This document shows positions 35,085-47,091 of a stretch of DNA of 64,000 bases, piece by piece. Made by a program: the position numbers and the translations under genes. Every line of letters begins with the position of its first letter. Positions within the stretch are counted from its first letter, which is position 1. A model generated the notes under the pieces. The model made no database searches. It worked only from the letters and a program-made list of their open reading frames with translations, and was not told the origin of the DNA. Source of the stretch: Macrostomum hystrix (Eukaryota > Animalia > Platyhelminthes); NCBI GenBank assembly GCA_950097015.1, contig CATNEN010000036.1, positions 1 through 64,000 on the forward strand, given 5' to 3'.

Positions 35085-37030
35085 CATCCAATCCTTCAAA
35101 ATCTCAATTAATTAGAGAACCTTCAAAATCACATCCAATTAGAGAACCTTTAAAATCTCATCCAATTTGAGAACCTTCAAAGTCTCATCCAAATTGAGAA
35201 CCTTCAAAGTCTCATCCAATTTGAGAACCTTCAAAGTCTCATCCAATTTGAGAACCTTCAAAGTCTCATCCAATTTGAGAACCTTCAAAATCTCATCCAA
35301 TTTGAGAACCTTCAAAATCTCATCCAATTTGAGAACCATCAAAATCTCATCCAATTTGAGAACCTTCAAAGTCTCATCCAATTTGAGAACCTTCAAAATC
35401 TCATCCAATTTGAGAACCTTCAAAGTCTCATCCAATTTGAGAACCTTCAAAGTCTCATCCAATTTGAGAACCATCAAAATCTCATCCAATTTGAGAACCT
35501 TCAAATTCTCATCCAATTTGAGAACCTTCAAAGTCTCATCCAAATTGAGAACCTTCAAAGTCTCATCCAATTTGAGAACCTTCAAATTCTCATCCAATTT
35601 GAGAACCTTCAAATTCTCATCCAATTTGAGAACCTTCAAATTCTCATCCAATTTGAGAACCTTCAAATTCTCATCCAATTTGAGAACCTTCAAATTCTCA
35701 TCCAATTTGAGAACCTTCAAAGTCTCATCCAAATTGAGAACCTTCAAAGTCTCATCCAATTTGAGAACCTTCAAAATCTCATCCAATTTGAGAACCTTCA
35801 AAGTCTCATCCAATTTGAGAACCTTCAAAGTCTCATCCAATTTGAGAACCTTCAAAATCTCATCCAATTTGAGAACCATCAAAATCTCATCCAATTTGAG
35901 AACCTTCAAAGTCTCATCCAATTTGAGAACCTTCAAAATCTCATCCAATTTGAGAACCTTCAAAGTCTCATCCAATTTGAGAACCTTCAAAATCTCATCC
36001 AATTTGAGAACCTTCAAAGTCTCATCCAATTTGAGAACCTTCAAAGTCTCATCCAATTTGAGAACCATCAAAATCTCATCCAATTTGAGAACCTTCAAAA
36101 TCTCATCCAATTTGAGAACCTTCAAAGTCTCATCCAATTTGAGAACCTTCAAAGTCTCATCCAATTTGAGAACCTTCAAAGTCTCATCCAATTTGAGAAC
36201 CTTCAAAGTCTCATCCAATTTGAGAACCTTCAAAATCTCATCCAATTTGAGAACCTTCAAAGTCTCATCCAATTTGAGAACCTTCAAAGTCTCATCCAAT
36301 TTGAGAACCATCAAAATCTCATCCAATTTGAGAACCTTCAAAATCTCATCCAATTTGAGAACCTTCAAAGTCTCATCCAATTTGAGAACCTTCAAAGTCT
36401 CATCCAATTTGAGAACCTTCAAAGTCTCATCCAATTTGAGAACCTTCAAAGTCTCATCCAATTTGAGAACCTTCAAAATCTCATCCAATTTGAGAACCTT
36501 CAAAGTCTCATCCAATTTGAGAACCATCAAAATCTCATCCAATTTGAGAACCTTCAAAGTCTCATCCAATTTGAGAACCTTCAAAATCTCATCCAATTTG
36601 AGATGATGATCCAATTTGAGATGATTGTATGAGACCTTCAAAGTCTCATACAATTTGAGAACCTTCAAAGTCTGATCCAATTTGAGAACCTTCAAAATCT
36701 CATCCAATTTGAGAACCTTCAAAATCTCATCCAATTTGAGAACCATCAAAATCTCATCCAATTTGAGAACCATCAAAATCTCATCCAATCCTTCAAAATC
36801 TCATCCAATCCTTCAAAATCTCATCCAATCCTTCAAAATCTCATCCAATCTTTCAAAATCTCATCCAATCCATCAAAATCAAAAGAATTCAAAATTTTGA
36901 TCCTTCAAAATCTCGATTAGTTAGAGAACCTTCAAAAACTCATCCAATTTGAGATGCCTCAAAATCTCACCCTATTTGAGATGCTACAAAATCTCACCCT
37001 ATTTGAGATGCTTCAAAATCTCATGCAAAT
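35085..37030. repeat. 27-bp minisatellite (TCATCCAATTTGAGAACCTTCAAA[A/G]TC)n in RPIA intron 4
   Basis: Direct reading. Homogeneous core about 35110-36800 with degenerate edges. Confidence 0.95.
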
Positions 37031-37226
37031 TTGAAAGTATTTTAAATCTAACCCACGCTTGTAATTCGATATCAATAAAAATATCAACCGATTTGAGTTC
37101 TACCAAATCTCACATTAATTAAGATCCGTGAAAATATCACCGAAATGAAGACCCTTGCAGTCAAGAAAAAATGGAGAAGCGATGATGTTATCCCTATGGC
37201 AACAGAAGCACCTTGGCCAAGCTCAC

Positions 37227-37565
37227 CAATTTCCCTAGAGATTCGCGAAGCAGAGCCTTGCCGCCGAACTGGGACTCGACGCGCCGTTTGACCAGCGACC
37301 AGGCCATGGGCACAACCTCCAGGGGAATGCCGCCCTTCCACTTCTGGCCAAATTGTGCGCTGTACTTGCTCTCGTCGCACACAATGACCAGGGTGCCAGC
37401 GGCGGTGTCCACTATCTTCTCTTGGAGCAGGCAGCCGCCGCCGCCTTTGATCATGTTCAGCTCCGAGTCGATCTCGTCGGCGCTGTCGACGGACCAGTCG
37501 AGCTCTTCGTCGCAGTGCTCAAGTTCGAATAGGCGAAGACCGCGCTCCAGGATCAGCTGCTTGGC
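37227..37565 (-). CDS. RPIA: Ribose-5-phosphate isomerase A, exon 4
   Basis: ccgcag|AKQLIL..VDSADEID..IKGGGGCLLQEKIV..GIPLEVVP..GKL|gtgagc. Phase 0 at both ends. Confidence 0.95.
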
Positions 37566-37599
37566 CTGCGGAAATCCCAGTTGAAGATTCGAGTTGTAA

Positions 37600-38320
37600 A
37601 ATCCCATGTTTTCAAATGGGATTTGAATTGCCAATGGAATATCAATTTCCCATAGGGATTAAATTTTATAAATGGGATTTCTGTTTCAAATGGGATTTGA
37701 GCTACGAATCGGATTTGAGTTTGCATTGGGATTTTAGTCTGCAATGGGATTCGAGTTTCAAATGGGATTTGAGTTTCAAATGGGATTTGAGTTTTAAAAA
37801 TGGGATTTGAGTTTCAAAAAAGGGATTTGAGTTTCAAAAATGGGATTTGAGTTTCAAAAATGGGATTTGAGTTTCAAAAATGGGATTTGAGTTTCAAATG
37901 GGATTTGAGTTTAAAAAAGGGATTTGAGTTTCAAATGGGATTTGAGTTTCAAAAAAGGGATTTGAGTTTTAAATGGGATTTGAGTTTCAAAAATGGGATT
38001 TGAGTTTCAAAATTGGGATTTGAGTTTCAAAAATGGGATTTGAGTTTCAAAAAGGGATTTGAGTTTTAAATAGGATTTGAGTTTCAAAAAGGGATTTGAG
38101 TTTCAAAAAAGGGATTTGAGTTTCAAATGGGATTTGAGTTTCAAATGGGATTTGAGTTTCAAATGGGATTTGAGTTTCAAAAATGGGATTTGCGTTTCAA
38201 AAATGGAATTTGAGTTTCAAAAATGGGATTTGCGTTTCAAAAATGGGATTTGAGTTTCAAAAATGGGATTTGAGTTTCAAAAATGGGATTTGCGTTTCAA
38301 AAAATGGGACTTAAGTTTCC
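37600..38320. repeat. 18-20-bp minisatellite (TGGGATTTGAGTTTCAAA[AA])n
   Basis: Direct reading. Degenerates toward the exon 4 acceptor. Confidence 0.9.
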
Positions 38321-38804
38321 AATCGGATTTGCCGAAGTCAATAATCAGTCTTTTGCAAGAAAAACGGATTGGGAACGAACGAACAGTTTAATAAACGAAC
38401 AGCTCCAGCGCCCAGACCAGCCCAGCGCCCAGATGGTCAGGACCTGAAAGTTGCTGCATCAATCAGTTCATCTAGAAATAATACACTACCATACAATTAT
38501 CTCTGCTAAACATTATTTAAGCACAGCAGGGCTAGCAAGTGGAGGAGGAAAATCTCGGATTTCTGCTTTGCATTCCGCCCCGACCCCATTAAGTGTTGCG
38601 CGGCAGTTTTATAACCCCATGGCCCAATACAATACAAGAAGTGATTTTTACATGCCAGATTCTGTGCATAGATGCGACTAAAAATAAAGTACAAGAGCTA
38701 CATATGACAACACGGCAAAGTAACAGTGACAAAAGAGAAGCACGCATATACTCATTTCCTTCGTCCTAGAATTCACCGATGTACATTGTAAGTGTTCCCT
38801 CTTT

Positions 38805-39295
38805 TCGACTAAAGTACAATGTAGCCCCCTCTCTTTCACTAATGTACACTATAAGTCCTCCCCTCTTTCACTAATGTACACTATAAGTCCTCCCCTCTTT
38901 CACTAATGTACACTATAAGTCCTCCTCTCTTTCACTAATGTACACTATAAGTCCTCCCCTCTTTCACTAATGTACACTATAAGTCCTCCCCTCTTTCACT
39001 AATGTACACTATAAGTCCTCCCCTCTTTCACTAATGTACACTATAAGTCCTCCCCTCTTTCACTAATGTACACTATAAGTCTTCCCCTCTTTCAATAATG
39101 TACAAAATAAGTCCTCCCCTCTTTCACTAATGTACACTATAAGTCATCCCCTCTTTCAATAATGTACAAAATAAGTCCTCCCCTCTTTCAATAATGTACT
39201 TTGCAAGCCCCTCTCTCTTTCACTAATGTACACTGTAAGTCCTCCCCTCTTTCACTAATGTACACTGTAGCCACCCCACTCTTTCACCAACGTAC
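38805..39295. repeat. 32-bp minisatellite (AATGTACACTATAAGTCCTCCCCTCTTTCACT)n
   Basis: Direct reading, about 15 copies. Confidence 0.92.
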
Positions 39296-39784
39296 TCCGT
39301 AAATGGCCAGTTAAGAAGTTGCTTTCTTTAAATCTAACGGTATAACGCTTATTTTTTGCAGACGTCAATATTGATGTCAATCGATGGAGCTGCTAGGTGA
39401 AAACAATGTTATTTTTTTCGAGAAGCAGAAAAATCAATTTATTTAACAGCAAGGCGTTTGTTCGAGTACTAAACAAATAACTGATAATTTGATTAAATTC
39501 TAGGCTCCCAAAATTAAAAAATATAGCAACACCATGCTTGCTAACTAAAAAAACGGTTAAGAGGCATATTTATCGAAAAAATAATGTGCGAAAATAATGG
39601 TGCCATTTACTAAAAGGCATTCGAGACACAAAAATTCACTTCTAAATCTATCGAACATGATGGCAGTTGTCAAACATCCTTGGCATTCTAATAAAAGAAA
39701 GCTTTTTAAATATCAAGTTTTACTGTCCACCATATGAATGTGTTAATGAATTAATAAGCGAAGCTTGTTATTTGACAAGTTCTG

Positions 39785-42700
39785 GCACAACACCCCACAT
39801 TCAGGATCTAATTATGGCACAAACACCCCACACTCAGGATCTAATTATGGCACAAACACACCACACTCAGGATCTAATTATGGCACAAACACACCACACT
39901 CAGGATCTAATTATGGCACAAATACCCCACACTCAGAATCTAATTATGCCACAAATACCCCACACTCAGGATCTAATTATGGCACAAACACCCCACACTC
40001 AGGATCTAATTATGGCACAAACACCACACACTCAGGATCTAATTATGGCACAAACACCCCACACTCAGGATCTAATTATGGCAAAAACACCCGACACTCA
40101 GGATCTAATTATGGCACAAACACCCGACACTCAGGATCTAATTATGGCTCAAACACCCCACACTCAGGATCTAATTATGGCACAAACACACCACACTCAG
40201 GATCTAATTATGGCACAAACACACCACACTCAGGATCTAATTATGGCAAAAACACCCGACACTCAGGATCTAATTATGGCACAAACACCCGACACTCAGG
40301 ATCTAATTATGGCACAAACACCCCACACTCAGGATCTAATTATGGCACAAACACCCCACACTCAGGATCTAATTATGGCACAAACACCCCACACTCAGGA
40401 TCTAATTATGGCACAAACACCCCACACTCAGGATCTAATTATGGCACAAACACCCCACACTCAGGATCTAATTATGGCACAAACACCCCACACTCAGGAT
40501 CTAATTATGGCACAAACACACCACACTCAGGATCTAATTATGGCACAAACACACCACACTCAGGATCTAATTATGGCAAAAACACCCGACACTCAGGATC
40601 TAATTATGGCACAAACACCCCACACTCAGGATCTAATTATGGCACAAACACCCCACACTCAGGATCTAATTATGGCACAAACACCCGACACTCAGGATCT
40701 AATTATCGCACAAACACCACACACTCAGGATCTAATTATGGCACAAACACCCCACACTCAGGATCTAATTATGGCACAAACACCCGACACTCAGGATCTA
40801 ATTATGGCACAAACACCCGACACTCAGGATCTAATTATGGCTCAAACACCCCACACTCAGGATCTAATTATGGCACAAACACACCACACTCAGGATCTAA
40901 TTATGGCACAAACACACCACACTCAGGATCTAATTATGGCAAAAACACCCGACACTCAGGATCTAATTATGGCACAAACACCCGACACTCAGGATCTAAT
41001 TATGGCACAAACACCCCACACTCAGGATCTAATTATGGCACAAACACCCCACACTCAGGATCTAATTATGGCACAAACACCCCACACTCAGGATCTAATT
41101 ATGGCACAAACACACCACACTCAGGATCTAATTATGGCACAAACACACCACACTCAGGATCTAATTATGGCAAAAAAAACCCGACACTCAGGATCTAATT
41201 ATGGCACAAACACCCGACACTCAGGATCTAATTATGGCACAAACACCCCACACTCAGGATCTAATTATGGCACAAACACCCGACACTCAGGATCTAATTA
41301 TGGCACAAACACACCACACTCAGGATCTAATTATGGCACAAACACCCCACACTCAGGATCTAATTATGGCACAAACACCCGACACTCAGGATCTAATTAT
41401 GGCACAAACACCCGACACTCAGGATCTAATTATGGCTCAAACACCCCACACTCAGGATCTAATTATGGCACAAACACCCCACACTCAGGATCTAATTATG
41501 GCACAAACACACCACACTCAGGATCTAATTATGGCACAAACACCCCACACTCAGGATCTAATTATGGCACAAACACACCACACTCAGGATCTAATTATGG
41601 CACAAACACACCACACTCAGGATCTAATTATGGCACAAACACCCGACACTCAGGATCTAATTATGGCTCAAACACCCCACACTCAGGATCTAATTATGGC
41701 ACAAACACCCCACACTCAGGATCTAATTATGGCTCAAACACCCCACACTCAGGATCTAATTATCGCACAAACACCCGACACTCAGGATCTAATTATGGCA
41801 CAAACACCCCACACTCAGGATCTAATTATGGCACAAACACCCCACACTCAGGATCTAATTATGGCACAAACACCACACACTCAGGATCTAATTATGGCAC
41901 AAACACCCCACACTCAGGATCTAATTATGGCACAAACACCCCACACTCAGGATCTAATTATGGCAAAAACACCCGACACTCAGGATCTAATTATGGCACA
42001 AACACCCGACACTCAGGATCTAATTATGGCACAAACACCCCACACTCAGGATCTAATTATGGCACAAACACCCGACACTCAGGATCTAATTATGGCACAA
42101 ACACCCCACACTCAGGATCTAATTATGGCACAACACCCCACACTCAGGATCTAATTATGGCACAAACACCCGACACTCAGGATCTAATTATGGCACAAAC
42201 ACCCGACACTCAGGATCTAATTATCGCACAAACACCCCACACTCAGGATCTAATTATCGCACAAACACCCCACACTCAGGATCTAATTATCGCACAAACA
42301 CCACACACTCAGGATCTAATTATCGCACAAACACCCCACACTCAGGATCTAATTATGGCACAAACACCCCACACTCAGGATCTAATTATGGCACAAACAC
42401 ACCACACTCAGGATCTAATTATGGCACAAACACCACACACTCAGGATCTAATTATGGCACAAACACCCCACACTCAGGATCTAATTATGGCACAAACACC
42501 CCACACTCAGGATCTAATTATGGCACAAACACCCCACACTCAGGATCTAATTATCGCACAAACACCCGACACTCAGGATCTAATTATGGCACAAACACCC
42601 CACACTCAGGATCTAATTATGGCACAAACACCCCACACTCAGGATCTAATTATGGCACAAACACCCGACACTCAGGATCTAATTATGGCACAAACACCCC

Positions 42701-44301
42701 ACACTCAGGATCTAATTATCGCACAAACACCACACACTCAGGATCTAATTATGGCACAAACACCCCACACTCAGGATCTAATTATGGCACAAACACCCCA
42801 CACTCAGGATCTAATTATGGCACAAACACACCACACTCAGGATCTAATTATGGCACAAGACCCCACACTCAGGATCTAATTATGGCACAAACACCCCACA
42901 CTCAGGATCTAATTATGGCACAAAGACCCCACACTCAGGATCTAATTATGGCACAAACACCCCACACTCAGGATCTAATTATGGCACAAACACCCCACAC
43001 TCAGGATCTAATTATGGCACAACACCCCACACTCAGGATCTAATTATCGCACAAACACCCCACACTCAGGATCTAATTATGGCACAAACACCACACACTC
43101 AGGATCTAATTATCGCACAAACACACCACACTCAGGATCTAATTATCGCACAAACACCCCACACTCAGGATCTAATTATCGCACAAACACCACACACTCA
43201 GGATCTAATTATCGCACAAACACCCCACACTCAGGATCTAATTATGGCACAAACACCCCACACTCAGGATCTAATTATGGCACAAACACACCACACTCAG
43301 GATCTAATTATCGCACAAACACCCCACACTCAGGATCTAATTATCGCACAAACACCACACACTCAGGATCTAATTATCGCACAAACACCCCACACTCAGG
43401 ATCTAATTATGGCACAAACACCCCACACTCAGGATCTAATTATGGCACAAACACACCACACTCAGTATCTAATTATCGCACAAACACCCCACACTCAGGA
43501 TCTAATTATCGCACAAACACCCCACACTCAGGATCTAATTATGGCACAAACACCCCACACTCAGTATCTAATTATCGCACAAACACCCCACACTCAGGTC
43601 TAATTATCGCACAAACACCCCACACTCAGGTCTAATTATCGCACAAACACCCCACACTCAGGTCTAATTATCGCACAAACACCCCACACTCAGTATCTAA
43701 TTATCGCACAAACACCCCACACTCAGGATCTAATTATCGCACAAACACCCCACACTCAGGATCTAATTATGGCACAAACACCCCACACTCAGGTCTAATT
43801 ATCGCACAAACACCCCACACTCAGGATCTAATTATGGCACAAACACCCCACACTCAGTATCTAATTATGGCACAAACACCCCACACTCAGGTCTAATTAT
43901 CGCACAAACACCCCACACTCAGGTCTAATTATCGCACAAACACCCCACACTCAGGTCTAATTATCGCACAAACACCCCACACTCAGGATCTAATTATGGC
44001 ACAAACACCCCACACTCAGGATCTAATTATCGCACAAACACCCCACACTCAGTATCTAATTATCGCACAAACACCCCACACTCAGGATCTAATTATCGCA
44101 CAAACACCCCACACTCAGGTCTAATTATCGCACAAACACCCCACACTCAGGATCTAATTATCGCACAAACACCCCACACTCAGGATCTAATTATCGCACA
44201 AACACCCCACACTCAGTATCTAATTATCGCACAAACACCCCACACTCAGTATCTAATTATCGCACAAACACCCCACACTCAGGATCTAATTATGGCACAA
44301 G
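39785..44301. repeat. 33-bp minisatellite (CAAACACCCCACACTCAGGATCTAATTATGGCA)n, about 135 copies
   Basis: Direct reading. Ends about 17 nt from the RPIA exon 3 donor. Confidence 0.95.
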
Positions 44302-44318
44302 ACCATTGACCCACTCAC

Positions 44319-44374
44319 CTGATAAGATGTAGGAATGCATCTGATTGACCAACCGCGCTGCCTGATCAACTCGG
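44319..44374 (-). CDS. RPIA: Ribose-5-phosphate isomerase A, exon 3 (56 nt)
   Basis: ttgcag|CC-ELIRQRGWSIRCIPTSYQ|gtgagt. Contains the conserved CIPTS motif, with phases 1 and 0 matching its neighbours. Confidence 0.9.
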
Positions 44375-44935
44375 CTGCAATATTAACAGGTTGTCGGGTT
44401 GGGTTTAGATAAAGAATAATATCGCTTTAGATAATAGACTAAGCCTTTTTAAAATAGATTGATAAAAGACACCTCACTCAGTTAGTTGGGAAAGTCTTCA
44501 ACAGGCTGTGTACCCTGTTGTTAAGTCCACAGAGTGGGTGGGCGCCACACCCACCCATCCCAAATATGCCACGCCAAAGCGGGCTAAAACGAGGGTGAAG
44601 CCAACGATTTTTTCCCGCGGCCGATGTCTATGGCCTATACGATTGCTTTAAAGCGCCATAGCTTGTAATTAAAAGAACAGTAACGCAAAATGAATTTAGT
44701 CTATGGCTGAATTGTGGGTGCTTCGCCCCTGCACACCAGAAAGCAGAACAACTCTTATAAGGAAAAAATGCCAAAATAGCTAGTTTTTTTAATGAGTTTT
44801 TGCTATAGAGATTGACAGTCAATTGGCATTAATGTTATTGTGCCATAGACATTTCTACACTTTCAGAGTCAGGAACAGAGAATTGAAACTAAAAAACAGT
44901 TCTTTAAAAATTCTAGTTAGCATTCCACAGAGACA

Positions 44936-45340
44936 ATGATTAACTACGACGGTATTCTCGAAGAAGACATTGCTGGATTTTCAACCGAGGAACTAGATTT
45001 TGTCACTCGTCAAACTGCTGGGCATCAAAAGGACTCGGCTATCTCGCAATAAAATGGGTTTCCGATACTGGAGTCAAGTAGCATTGATCAGTACTTGTCG
45101 ACGATGACTGAGTTCCCTGAATTGAACGAAGCTGACTTGCTGACGATTGAGCGGTTGGAGAAGAACTCTGCTGTGGATTCGACAGAGAGGCAGACGACTA
45201 TTTAAATCGGACGATTAAAAGAGTTTCTTGCTGAAAGAGGTCTTTCTACCGACTTGGAAGTCATGCCAACAAGGTATCTGTGCAGCGACCTGCGACTTTT
45301 CTTCTCAACTGTGAAGAAGGCTGACGGCTCTGCCTCGTAG
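44936..45340 (+). pseudogene. Crypton-like (tyrosine recombinase transposon) N-terminal fragment with in-frame stops
   Basis: One continuous frame with 2 internal stops: ELNEADLL..STERQTT*IGRLKEFLAERG..LCSDLRLFFSTVKKADGS. Resembles the region preceding DUF3504 in Crypton-derived proteins, recognised by eye. Confidence 0.55.
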
Positions 45341-45458
45341 CTGCAGTACCCTCGTCTGGTGTATAATCACAAAAATGTCTAATATTTATTTTTCCTTTTT
45401 CCTATATTATGAATAGTATGAATAGTATGAATGCTATTTTCTCTGTTCAATGGTAGAT

Positions 45459-45554
45459 TTATGCTAGGCTTCCGAGTGCGTAAATATTCTTGGCACGAGT
45501 GCGCGCAGCGCACGATTGCCATAGACTATTTACGCACTAGGAAGCCTAGCATAA
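45459..45554. other. 96-bp near-perfect inverted repeat (hairpin)
   Basis: TTATGCTAGGCTTCC/GGAAGCCTAGCATAA, AGTGCGTAAATA/TATTTACGCACT and an inner GTGCGC/GCGCAC. Confidence 0.85.
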
Positions 45555-46864
45555 GTGCATTGATTTATGACCAAGTGTGTGTGCGCAAGACCAGCTCCTT
45601 CGGCCCATAGACAATACCCGTCTGGGATTTACTGCATAGTAGCTCAGAAGCTACTATGTGGACATTTACCGCACAGTTGCGGAATTTACTGCACACTTCA
45701 ATCTATTTCTTTGATGGCCTTTGGGCCATAAACTATACACGAGCTTGAGACGTTTACGCACACTTGGTTATATGTCAATGTTCTCTATTTTCTGTAAATA
45801 AAATTAAAATTTTCCGGGCTGTCAATAGAATTTTGGCCATAGACAGTTGGCTGTTTTAATTACTTTTCGTGCCTTCTTGACTACTTGATTTAGCGGGCGC
45901 TAAAGGTCTATGGCCATTAACGGGCACAGATATTGGCCCGCCGGGCAAAAAGGTCATGGTACAGTGAAGTCAGAACATAAAAAGGAAGGCAATTTAGCCA
46001 TAGACAGTTGCAGCGGTGTCACACTACCAATAAATTATTAAGTAGCCGCCTGACTAATAAATAAGGAAATAACACAGCTTAATAGAAAAGCGAGAGAGTA
46101 TAGCTATTGAGCGCACTGAAGGAATCTAAAGGAGCCAATAGACAAACAGACACCAGACTCTCATTCCGTCTCTATCGCGACTTTAATATTGGCCAGCATT
46201 ATTGAATTATTGTCGTCTAATTCAGAAGGCTGACCAGGATGACGAAAGGAGAAAATTGCATTTTCAATTACTCCCACACAAATGCGACCTGCTAAGGAAT
46301 GCCCAATTCATCTAACCCAACTAGCCAACTAGAGAAGCCTTATTGCATTATGCCTGATACACGCGGCTACGGACTTCCCAGTCTATCTGTATCCTTGCTG
46401 AGCATAGCGTCTGCAAATTCGGAGGCGAAGTGACAGTTTTGTTTGCTCGATTGTGCACCCTGATTAAAACTATTCGCATCTCCGCTCTGCTAAGAGTGTC
46501 CGAATAAACTGGCTGGTAGCAGATATGTGCTTGATTCAGCAGTTCCTGTTTGTGTTTGGGTGTTGTGGTTGATTCAGCTGTTTCTACTTGTGCTGATGTC
46601 TTGTGGCCGATACAGATACAGGAATTTGTGCTTGTGTTGATGGTCGATACAGGAGTCTGTGCATGTTTTTGATGTCTTGTGGCCGATACAGATACAGGAA
46701 TTTGTGCTTGTGTTGTGGTCGATACAGGAGTCTGTGCTTGTTTTTGATGTCTTGTGGCCGATACAGATACAGGAATTTGTGCTTGTGTTGTGGTCGATAC
46801 AGGAGTCTGTGCTTGTTTTTGATGTCTTGTGGCCGATACAGATACAGGAATTTGTGCTTGTATT

Positions 46865-47073
46865 TGTAAGACTTGCGTACTTGTACTTCGCCCCGCATTG
46901 CGTCAGCTTGCTCCAGCCAATCAATACCTCTTACGTCTTGTGCACGCACTCAGCACTTTCAACTCTCACCTGTCGTACCCCCACCCCAATTATCGATCCA
47001 TTAAATATATATTGTCGCCCGCGGGGCAGCGCTCAGTTGAGCATATTTTCGACCACAAATCAAAGCCTCTACA
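46865..47073 (+). repeat. 5' LTR of element 2
   Basis: Identical to 51390-51598 and followed by the PBS. Confidence 0.96.
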
Positions 47074-47074
47074 G

Positions 47075-47089
47075 TGGCATCGCAAGCAG
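47075..47089 (+). other. Primer binding site of element 2
   Basis: TGGCATCGCAAGCAG, 14/15 identical to the PBS of element 1. Confidence 0.8.
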
Positions 47090-47091
47090 TC

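Noticed and set aside
35139-36900. 549-aa and 479-aa leucine-rich-looking ORFs (LKVLKLDE)
   Set aside because: They come from the 27-bp intronic array. The LRR-like look is a by-product of the unit.
39667-43603. 1070-aa, 477-aa and related repetitive ORFs (MAQTPHTQDLI / HSGSNYGTNTP)
   Set aside because: They are translations of a 33-bp (3n) minisatellite inside an RPIA intron. Frames swap at single-base indels and two frames are equally open.
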